Source: Selaginella moellendorffii (lineage: Eukaryota; Plantae; Lycopodiophyta). Taken from it: a stretch of DNA of 64,000 nucleotides. This document shows, in pieces, positions 1 to 9,961 of the stretch. The position numbers and the translations under genes were made by a program. Within the stretch, counting starts at the first letter, position 1. The number at the start of each line of letters is the position of its first letter. The notes under the pieces are model-generated. The model searched no databases, was not told where the DNA came from, and saw only the letters and a program-made list of their open reading frames with translations. The stretch lies in the NCBI RefSeq assembly GCF_000143415.4, contig NW_003314334.1, positions 124,001 to 188,000 of the forward strand, given 5' to 3'.

Positions 1-126
1 GTGCTACGAGTAGTTGCGGTGTTGCGAGCGGCACTGTCTTTGGTGTGGCTACCGCTTCCTCTTGATATTCGGCACTTGTGCTTCCTGGTATGTTCACCAT
101 GGAATGGTTTAGGACCACATTTAGAA

Positions 127-315
127 ATGGCATGAGGCCACATGCCATCTTGGGCCCTTGCAATTTCATGGCTAGCGTATTGTTATGTATGTTTTTACTT
201 GCCTGCAGCTGTGTGTATATCAAGATGGCATGAGGCCTCATGCCAATTTTGTGAATGCGAAATTTCACGTGGGTGTCAATAGCATGTTTGAATAATGGCA
301 TGTGGCCTCATGCTA
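127..315. repeat. Three copies of the palindrome TGGCATGAGGCCTCATGCCA upstream of the transposase (inside a probable 5'UTR intron, 88-397)
   Basis: 127-148 (one mismatch), 226-245 (perfect 20-bp palindrome) and 296-315. Degenerate copies also at ~2141-2162, ~2199-2219, 3540-3561 and 3593-3612. Confidence 0.9.
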
Positions 316-398
316 TTGAGGTTGTTTGGTATGTTATGATTTAGGCCATTCTCCAATCATTTTTTGTATGGTCTTAACTTCTTTTCTGCACTTTCAGA

Positions 399-3300
399 AT
401 GGCCTTCAAGGTTGGGGAAAAGGTTTACATTTTGAATGGTGGGAAGAGAGTTGCAAAAGGGACCCTTGTGTCTATGGATCGGAACTTTGTTATACACTGT
501 CAAAGGCTTGGGGAAGGCAATGCTGCTGTATCAGTAGAGACTATCTTCGATGGGAATGTGGTCGCTATTGAACGAGGAGAGATGGTCGTCGGGGTAAATG
601 TTGTTGTTGCCTTGAAAAATCTACAGAAGAAAGCAGATGTTGGGGACAGCGCAAGTGCGACGCATGTTCCCTCCGTGGATCTTAAGAACCGTGCTACATG
701 GATTCAGGCAAAGGTGTTTCTAAACAACCCCGAGGGGGAGGTGGTAGCTGAGGGCTTAGCCACAGTTGTCGATCCAAGAGATGCGGTTGCTAATCAAGAA
801 TTGGGCTGGGATGATATTGGAGTTGCGATTTTAGAGGTTGTTGACACAGAAGAAAACAGTCTGACTATTGGAAGCATTGTGCGGTGGAAATTGAGGCATT
901 TAGTGTTTGAGAATGTGAAGGATTCACAATCAAACACCACTACAACTGATGACAGAACATCTCTTCATGGGAAAAGAAAGTACACCTTCCTACAGCGCAG
1001 CCAAAGGGATCTGAGCAACGAACCGAAAAGGTAGAAAATGGCGATGGAGGTTCGAATGGTCTCGACAGTTGCTTGTTGCAAGAGGAGGTGCTGTCAACAT
1101 GCTGATTGGGATGCTATTGAAGAGGAGAGAGCAAGATACAAGACATTGTCCTGGAAGGTAGCTCGCAATTTTGTGTATGAGGCATTACGGTCATCTGTTG
1201 ATGCTTCAGAACATCAGATGGGGGGCATGGTCTTCCAGAGGGGTTTGGTCTGCATGAAGGCATGGAGAATCATTTATGGAGTCCCTCGAAGCACATTCTA
1301 CAGAATCAAAACTGAGTTCGAGGAACAAAGGGTTCAACAGGCAGTCCATGGGAACGACGGTACGCACAAAACCAGGGGTCATGTTGTATATGGAGAGGCA
1401 ATCTTCAAGAGGTTTGTCGAGACATGTAGCGAGCAGCAACCACATAAAACCCGCCTCTTGGAAGATGGAACACGAGACACCCAACGAGTTCTCCCTTCCA
1501 TGTATACCAAGGGGGCCATATTGGAAGATGTGAATCGGGAACTCCAGAGTAATGGCTACAGGAAGCTGAGCCAATCTAGATTTAGTAGATTGTGGAGCAA
1601 CAGGTTCAGGGATGTGAGTATAGGAAAGTACTCCAGCTTTTCAAAGTGTGACGAGTGCACTGCTATCAAAATGGCTTTGTCGAAGAATTCTTGCAGCGCT
1701 CAAGAGCGAGAGACGTTGGTTAGAAGGCGGCTCGACCACAACATCGAGCAGAGAAGCTGCAGGACTGCATATTATCATAACAGGATTCTCTCCATTTAGA
1801 GACCTGACTCTTACCTCTGCATCATCCACGACAAAATGGACCAGAAAAAGACGTGCTTACCTCGACTCAATCCTGCCCCCAAGGCAATCTCTTCATCCAT
1901 GCAGCTGCCTGTGTCTCTGTTTGGCATAATCGCTCATGGGCATGGTGCCCAGAACTATGGGAACTTCTTTGTACCTCTATGGGGTGGCGGGGGTGCAAAC
2001 ATGATGATTGCGTCCCTAGCAAAACACTTAAGGTCTCTGCAAAGTGCGCAGACTGAGCTGAACGGCCAACCCTTGCATAAGGCCCTTGTTGATCGAACCC
2101 CATACAGGGTTCAGCTGGAGGAGGAGCAAAGGCTTGCAGTATCGCGTGGGGCCCCATGCCATCCCAGTGAATATGTTGGCCATCAGATTGTAGGGTTATC
2201 ACGTGAGGCCTCATGCCATTCCGACGAGGCTGGTCGCCCGGTGAATGCACAGCCTCATCCAAATGAAGCAGAATCTCAAGGAAGTTCTTGCGGCCGATGT
2301 GGCCTTCCACCCCATCTTCTGCTCCAAACAGACAATGCTGGCAGTGAGAACAAAAACATGTATGTCTTCGCGTACTTGGCGATGCTTGTTGCCAAAGGCA
2401 TATTTGAAACGGTTACACTTGGCTTTCTCATGGTTGGGCACACTCATGAAGACGTTGATACCATGTTCAGTCACCTGGCAGAGTCCCTCCGGCGATCCAA
2501 TGTCCTCACCCTCCCACAACTCTACGATGAATTCCAAAATTGCATCAAAGGCACTGTTGAAGCTGCACTTGTGACAGAGGTTCCAGACTTTAAGGGGTTT
2601 TTAAGAGGCTACATCAGGGACGGATCCGAAACGCTGATTGGCCACTCCAAGCCTCTTCATTTTCATTTCAGCATGCGTGACGGTGCTCCAGTGATGAGGT
2701 ACAAGATGAGAGAATGGGACACAGTGTGGCTGCCAGTGGACGGCATTGAACTCTTCAAGAGAGATCCCATAACTGGGGAACCTATGATTCCTCAAGGTTC
2801 CCCACGGCCGATGCACCCGGATGGACTCAAAGACCAGGAAAGTATAGTGGCCGGGATTAGACAGCATATTGCCTTCTGGAAGAGGGGGTTGGTGTTTGGT
2901 GGAGAATCCTATTTTAAGAGGTGCAAGCCTTTGCTCGAATACTGGGAGAAGATTATATCTGCTATCCAAAATGGGCCGGTTGTATATGAAGAATTGGAAG
3001 AGTCCTTTTGGCCAGAACCCAGAGCACCAGATAGTAGCGGAACAATGTCCTCTGGAAATGCAGTGACAGATAACGATGTTGAGGATCACTATTGTGGGCC
3101 GAGGAACAAGAAGCCGAATTCAGCATTCAATCCAGTACAAGTCTGCAAAGGAATGGTCGTGCTTGTCAGACCCAGTAATAAGAAACAAATGATATGGGTG
3201 GGGCGCTGCATCACTGATGCAGAGGAAGACGCGGAAACTAACTCCTTCAATGTAACTGTGGAGTGGTTCAAGCCAAGTTCCGGATATACGAAGGATTGCC

Positions 3301-3540
3301 TAGAAAAGAGATGGGTGCTGAATCCAAGGGATCCCAGCATGAGCATATCGGTGGATAATGTTGTGCATGGTTGGATGCGGAAGCAGAGTGCCACCATCAC
3401 CTTGCCAGACCATGCAAGAGATGCAGCAAGAGCATTCATAACCCGGGTTCAAGGTGAGATTCATTAATATTCCTTTACTAAGTTTCTAATGTATTTTATT
3501 TCAAGGTGAACAATCCGAATCTGAATCAGAGGAGGCGTGA
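399..3540 (+). pseudogene. Sola-like / DUF7869-type DDD transposase (~1029 codons) with two in-frame TAG stops; N-terminal tandem TNP1/En-Spm(Transposase_23)-like domains
   Basis: ORFs 399-1034, 1038-1799 and 1836-3467 share one frame and are separated only by TAG at 1032-1034 and 1797-1799. Motifs: FSKCDEC, CIIHDKMDQ, GANMMIAS, LQTDNAGSENKN, FLMVGHTHEDVD. A likely GT-AG intron at 3454-3505 leads to a final exon GEQSESESEEA*. Confidence 0.75.
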
Positions 3541-3969
3541 TGGCATGTGGCCCTTTGCACTAGTATATCTTAATACCGGTCTGAGAAATAGAATGGCATG
3601 TGCCCTCAGGCCTTTTACTAAATCACCTTTGAAAGAAATGCAAGCCTCTATGTCGTAAAAAAAAGGTACTAGAGAAATTCCTTAATAATATGAATGTTAT
3701 TTAGTTTCATGAAAATACACTAAAGGTCAAATGAGTTAAATGACTTCTCCAGACTAGCAATGCCTCTTGCTACACCTTCACAATTAGATTCGTTAGAAAA
3801 AGATAACATTGAATAATATCTAAATGTTCTCACCATTAAGTTATATGTCTGGCTAATAGGAATGACGTTCATCTTGGAAAGCTCACCACACGCTCAATGA
3901 ACAAACAAATAGTGTGTGCGCGCATGCCATCGCTCTTCTTTAGCTTCAGATTCGGCTTGTTCACCTTGA
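3501..3969. repeat. Inverted repeat (~48 bp arms) covering the last transposase exon and a palindrome half-site
   Basis: 3501-3525 TCAAGGTGAACAATCCGAATCTGAA versus the reverse complement of 3945-3969 (24/25 identical); similarity extends through ATGGCATG to ~3548/~3922. Confidence 0.8.
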
Positions 3970-4099
3970 CAATGAGATTTATTATACAACCAGATGGACT
4001 CAGTCTGGACACAAAGTCACCGCGCTAGTCACCATGCCCCAGATATGTCTAGCCCCTGGACAAAAAACATATAATTTCACGTCATTTTCAAATACTTGA

Positions 4100-5669
4100 A
4101 AATTTGTACCTAGTCCCATTTTACTGAATAAATCCCACTTTAACGAAATAAAGCTTATAACACCTTCTATCCATTATTCACTAAAGACTTAGTCCCTTGG
4201 GCCTTATCTATTGCCCTCGCGACATCAAACAACACTTCCTAATGTTCTAGAGTGTTTGGGTGTCCCAATAATGGCATCTTTCCAAATAAGCATTCCCTTT
4301 TACGACATTGACTTACTATGTGGACACATAAGCAATTTATCCCCCCATAAGGTATATCTAACTTCCTTATGCCATTAACAAGTCTTGGGTAGCTACCTAC
4401 TACCAATTTAACCAATTATTTTTGCACCCTTTGCTTAGTTGCCCCATAGTTGTCAAGTCCTACAACTCATTGCTAATGATTTCACACCTCCATCATTATC
4501 TGGGTCACCACACTCCAACTGCATGCCTTCCAGCTTAGGCTATGCCATTCCCATTTCCATTAGGATTCCTTTAGGAAGGGGTTCTCATGAACTTGCCAAC
4601 TCACCTTAAGGCATCACACTTTGGCATATTCAGTGTCTCCACACCATTGGCTCCACGAGCCTACCTTTATGACACTTCTTATTTATGTCTAGGTCCTTAC
4701 CAAGACCAATACAGTTCTTTCTCATGCCAACCATCCGTTAGCACTACACTATAGAATTTACTCACAACTGTGTGTCAAAGTTGTTTTCTTTTGGGAACAC
4801 CTTAACCATAACTTTAGTATGGCCCATTCTGCCATCAATGAGATACTCACTGTTCTCATATTTGGATTCTATGATCCTCCCCAAACTTTGTGGGGCACAA
4901 CACACCTCAGTCCAAATGCTTTTAGCAATCCCTTAGGACCATTCTCTGACTTTACTTGAGTCATCTAGCATTTTTGGACTTTAAAATTCAATGACCCATA
5001 ATATCCTATTTGAGGTGCCAGCTCACTGGAATACAACTTTTTATATTCATGTCCTACTCACAAAGACTATCTTTGCAAGTGTCACTCCAACACTTAATGT
5101 TGTTCCCTAGGGTAACCTTTGCCTCTTAGGACTACTTGTCCATGTGATGAGAATACCAACTCATCCTTTAAATACACCCCCAACTCCATGGGTTGTTCTA
5201 GCATTTATCAAGGGTAGGCTCGGGTACCAGTTCAAGGACTTGTGTCTTCTTTCATATTTGACCTTCCATAGTCATTAATTCTAGTCTCAAATTCATGAGT
5301 GCTAACCTCAACTATATGAGGATAATCTTGTGACTCCTTTATGGTTTTGGAGTCTTTATTTTTCCCATGATCCCAACTATAGTTGTTTATCACAACTACA
5401 TTAGCCAATTTGTTGAGTCAAACGTTCATCTGGATCACATCCTCAACTCTTTAAGGAAAACTTTATACTGTTCCCAAGATCTTGAAGTCATTCTATTATT
5501 GGCCCTTTTCTATCCACCACTTCACGTACCCGTTCACACATAAACTGTAGTGGAGAGCCATGTCTTCCCAACTTGCTACTCCTAACAAATATGCCCACTT
5601 CTAGGACCTTCCGATGCCAACACTAGTGATGATATACTTGAGCACCAATAAAAGTCAGACTAAGGAACA
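4100..5669 (-). mobile_element. Degenerate internal region downstream of the LTR-B primer-binding site
   Basis: Lies directly after PBS 5670-5681 on the minus strand, is CpG-poor and stop-rich, and shows no recognisable intact domain. Left boundary is approximate. Confidence 0.35.
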
Positions 5670-5681
5670 GCTCCAATACCA
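5670..5681 (-). promoter_or_regulatory. tRNA-Met-type primer-binding site after LTR-B
   Basis: Minus-strand TGGTATTGGAGC, 3 nt after the LTR end ...TTTTACA; the second copy reads TGGTATCGGAGC at 12256-12267. Confidence 0.75.
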
Positions 5682-5684
5682 AAT

Positions 5685-6790
5685 TGTAAAAGATTAATTT
5701 TTTCATCCTAATTTAGTCACTTAACCACACCTCTGACCACTTGGAGGAGTTTCATTCACAACCTCCTTAAGTCCAGTTCAAGACTTGGGACTTACTAGCC
5801 CCAAGAATGGCATCCATACCACTCATCCTTTCCACTTGGTCTAAGTGCTCCATGTGTCCGGTCCCAAGACCGACACCCCAAGATACCACCAACATACTAG
5901 CCCATTACGCTAAAGCCATGCCCATTCAAATTGGTACCACCGGTGGTTCAGCACCACCTACATCACAACCCCATCTCTCAACAATTGGGCCATCCATCCA
6001 GGAGTGACCATCCAAGATCCACTCCTTAGCATGCTTAAGATGCCCACAGATAGAGGGAACTCACTTCCCCAATATCTCTTTTACAGTCCCCACCAAGTCT
6101 CTCTTCTATCCATGGCCGAGTTTGCCTACTCTGCTACTGGGACAAGGCCCACAGGCCCGACCACTAAGTCCCACTATCCTCTGGGACCTTCTCACCACAT
6201 GACCATATCCTTGGTCACCACACTAAAGGACTGCTCCTCTTCCATTCTATAGTTTAGGACTTTGGGACGACATTTCGGAACACCGTGGCCTTATGCGAGC
6301 CTCGTGGGTACTCTCCCCACTTTTCGCCTTTGGATGCTCTAGCCATGGGCTTAGAACGAGGTTCCGTTGAGCCACGCCAGATATCCAAGTAGGTAGTGCC
6401 ACCCACACTTGGACTGGGAGCATTGACCATTCGATATCCCGGGGGAACTAGAGCCGGCTCTTGAACACTTCACCAAACTACCCTACTTAACAATCTATAT
6501 TGACTCTAGCCTTGGACCTCCCAGTGAATATCCCATCACCCAACGCCTGGGTACAGCCTTCCTAGGCCAAACTGGCTCCACTGGAGTCCTCCCCCTACTA
6601 TACTTTTGGAGCTCACCAAACCCCCCAGGGTCTGGGAGATGAACGCTTTGGGCTTTCACCCTCTTAGACTCGAACTCGGACTCGGACTCAGACTCGGACT
6701 CGGACTTGGACTTAGACTTAGACTTGGACTCAGACTCGAGCTTGGGCTCGGTCTCAGCCTCGGCATTGGTCTCAGTCTCAGTCTCAGTCT
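5685..6790 (-). mobile_element. 5'-truncated LTR of family B (copy 1), including a GAGTCC/GAGACT-type hexamer repeat tract
   Basis: Ends in CA before a PBS; homologous to the full-length solo LTR at 33654-35339; TATA-like TATAGTAGGG near 6600. Confidence 0.8.
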
Positions 6791-8283
6791 GGCTACTTGC
6801 CCACCTTCCGCAAACCGGAAGTGCATAGGCGACATTTGCTCAACATTCAATCCTAACAACTTAACTAAGTCTTCAGATATCACGCCGTGTGTAGCTCCCG
6901 TGTCAATCATCACTCGGATTCGGTGTCCACGGACAAAGCCTACTAGATACATCAACGGATCAGTGTTTGCATTGACTGCAAGAAAAACTTGAGGAAAGCA
7001 ACGAAAGTTACTCACCTCTTCTTCCTCATACTCCGCATTGACCAACTCGTCAACCCCTTCAGCTTCACCACCACCGTCTTCCCTCATGACATTAACACGA
7101 GACCTTGTCTTATGCTTGTTGGGACATTCCGAGGACCTATGTCCTGACTCTCCACAATGGAAGCAATGACCCACACTACCCGTTCCGCTAGGAGCAGGTT
7201 TTGCAAGTTGCTGCTGCTTGTACCCACCAGGAGGAGGAACAGAGGGCCTAGGACCAGAAGAAGCTGCTGGTGGTCTCCAACCACCACCACCTTTGTTAAC
7301 CGTAGCTTGTGAGCCTCCAGGGCGGTACCTACTTTCCACCCTTTGTTTCCAATCACCTTGCTTATTCCCAGAATTTCTATTCTTATCCGAGTTACCAGCT
7401 TGCGGTTGCTGATATTGTTCCATGAGCGAGTGACTAGAGGCAACTTGCTGCGCTGCCCCCTTACACTCCAGATATGTCTTCGGCTTAAACTTCAAAATCT
7501 CATTGCGAGAAAATGAACTTAAACCCTCTAGAAAATAATTCCGAGCATCTTCATCACTCATATTTGCAATCATAATGCGCTTCTGAGCAAACGCATTAAC
7601 GTAATGCATAAGGTCCCCTCGCTGCTTTAACCGTCGCAGCTCCATGCGAAGTCTCAGACCAAGATCATCCGGCAAGTATTCCTTACGGATACGAGACCGC
7701 ATCTTGGTCCAACTTCTAGTCTGCCCTTTTTCAGCACACACCTGGCGCCACCAAGTTTTGGCATGATCGGTGAAAAAGGATTGCGTGCACGCAACTTTCG
7801 TACGATCATCTACGTCTGCCGCTATGAAGTAGTTCTGCATATCGTAGACCCAATCTTCCAAAACCTGATAGTCCTACATGCCTCTAAAATTGGGTGGGTT
7901 TGGAGGCTTGAACTTTGAAACTCGTGCAACCGGGGGCGGCTGCAGAACTTCATCGTCCTCAAAACTTGAGGAGGAGTCCAGTTGCTTAGGCTTAGCTGGT
8001 TTAGCTGCCTCTGCTTCTTTCTTCCTCTTCTTGTTCTCCTTCTTCAATTTGCGAATCTCCCTTCGCAAATTCTCGATCTCGACTTCCTGAGCCATACGCT
8101 GCAGCGCTGCAGCATTTGGCTCTTCCTCTTCTGACTCAGCCTTTGCCTCTTCCGCAGCATCTCTAGCAGGAGTTTCCTCCTCTTGACTCGCCCATCTAGA
8201 GGTTTCAGCATCATCAGCACGGTTCCTTTCACCATTCCACTAGCTGCATACATGCTTCTATCAGTAACTGAACATGCATACAA
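6791..8283 (-). pseudogene. gag: Chromovirus gag plus N-terminal aspartic protease (copy 1)
   Basis: Retrotrans_gag-like AKTWWRQV, LKQRGDLMHYVNAF, YFLEGL; CCHC knuckle CFHCGESGHRSSECP; protease VMIDTGATH; TAG at 7874-7876 where copy 2 has CAG; truncated at 6791 by LTR-B. Confidence 0.9.
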
Positions 8284-8413
8284 CGTTCTTACCGAATGCT
8301 GCTACCCAACTAATCCTACACAGGTCGCTTCGGATCTACTAGAAAAGTCTCTGCGTATGCAAGTTGAGTCAGAAAATCCGACAAAATTTGGATAGAAATC
8401 GCTGAGACAATTC

Positions 8414-8424
8414 CTCTGATACCA
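8414..8424 (-). promoter_or_regulatory. tRNA-Met primer-binding site of family A
   Basis: Minus-strand TGGTATCAGAG, 2 nt after the LTR-A end. Confidence 0.9.
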
Positions 8425-8426
8425 AA

Positions 8427-9354
8427 TGTAGCGCACTTGAATTTGGAGCCGAACTCCAAGCTTGTTGCGCTACGAAACGAGGGTCTGGTACAATCCCACG
8501 AGCACCAACTCCCCGTATCTAGCACCTGCACGTAAAATGGTGTCAGATGGAGTCTGGTACAATTTTGGCATATTGGTGGCCTAACACGAGAAGGAGGGTA
8601 CTTCACCGACTAGAGCAGCGTGGAGCTTGGGCTTAGACCCAAGCCGGACGCAGAACAAGGAGCGACACAGCCCAGCGGGAGCCAAACTAATGTCTCAGGT
8701 GGTCGGATTTGCATTCCAACCACTATCCCTACTATACATTTGGAACCCCCCACAGCCCCCCCCCCCCCCCCCCCCCCTTGAGGGACACACGCTTTGGGCT
8801 TTCACCCCAAGCCTCCCTTAGTACCAGGAGTTAGTCTCTAGGACAAGTCCAAAACTTACTAAATATGGAATGGCCTTAGATTGTGAATTTGGACATGGAA
8901 CAAACACCATTGTGTTCAGGCCAATCTCTACATTCCGTAAATATGCCAAATGAGCTAATCTAGACACTTTCCATAAATAGCACTTGGGACCGAAATGAGA
9001 CTAACACAAAGGGCGTGATAGCGAGGGTGTTTGGTAGACACGGTAAGCTATCATCCAGCGATATTGAGGGACTAGTCTCAATACGCGAGGGTTCTTGCCA
9101 AGCCAATGCAAGACAGAACAAAAGAGAACTAAGAGCCAGGCCAAGAATGCTCAGCTAGAAACACATAGGAGTTCCTACCTTATGTTCATCTGGCTAAGTA
9201 CATATACTAAGCCCAGTAAACTAACACTTGGACAAGAGGGGCTATTGAACAGAACCAGCAGTACCGACCTCCTGCCGTCATGGCAGTAAGGAAAGAGTGC
9301 CCGTAAGGACTAGCCGACAAGTATCTTTTGATACCCGAAGTCACATTTGCGACA
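8427..9354 (-). mobile_element. LTR-A (928 bp), shared central LTR
   Basis: TG...CA termini, PPT on one side and PBS on the other, near-identical to 15026-16144, internal poly-C tract at ~8755-8776. Confidence 0.92.
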
Positions 9355-9367
9355 CTCTCCCCCCCTT
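9355..9367 (-). promoter_or_regulatory. Polypurine tract
   Basis: Minus-strand all-purine run (AA, G-run, AGAG) immediately before TGTCGCAAATG, the start of LTR-A. Confidence 0.88.
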
Positions 9368-9961
9368 GGGGGAGATCGACGTCCTCGTCGATGCATACCC
9401 GAGTCTAGCGAACCGTCAAGGAAAAAACTCCGAAAGTTAACGGAAAGCACACTATGTGGGAAATACATCGACTTAAATGAGTTATGGAATGACCTCTCCT
9501 CTACGTCCAAAGACGTTATGACTTAGACACCCTCCGGCCGTCACCGACAAGGAAATGACTAACAGAGTTAGCCCCCCTTATTGCTCCGAGTACCACTCGG
9601 CTTACAAAGGAATGATATATCCTTGCCCGCAGGGACATAGGGAGAAGGCAAGAGGCCCACGTCCCCTGAGCAAGAAATCAACCCCATCAGGAAGATTTAG
9701 ACAACTATTATAAACTGGCAGATTAAGTTGTTTACACGACCACGCCCCTTTTCAAAAATGAGCCATCGAGAAAAAGGCGGGGACTTGTGATCAGTCTATA
9801 ATAGTTATCCCCATGGTTATGGATTAGACCGAAGCACCGAAGTGCTGAAGTCAGTCTGCCAAAACTGACCCAAGTACTAACGAACGAGAGAAACGACACT
9901 TTTATTTATAGAAATATATTACTTTATTAATTTGCAAGATTTATTATAATATTTACAAAAG

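Noticed and set aside
127-315. Palindromic repeats as a CRISPR-like array
   Set aside because: Only three copies, unequal spacing (~98 and ~70 bp), eukaryotic intron context and no cas genes.
1032-1799. Programmed TAG readthrough or recoding in the transposase
   Set aside because: No recognisable readthrough context, and CAG>TAG changes occur in neighbouring TEs (for example 7874), pointing to methylation-driven decay.
6586-6600. AGTAGGGGGAGGA as a PPT defining a 0.9-kb LTR-B
   Set aside because: The same motif lies inside LTR-A next to a TATA-like box, and the solo copy at 33654-35339 extends 0.77 kb further to a TG end with TSD-like flanks.
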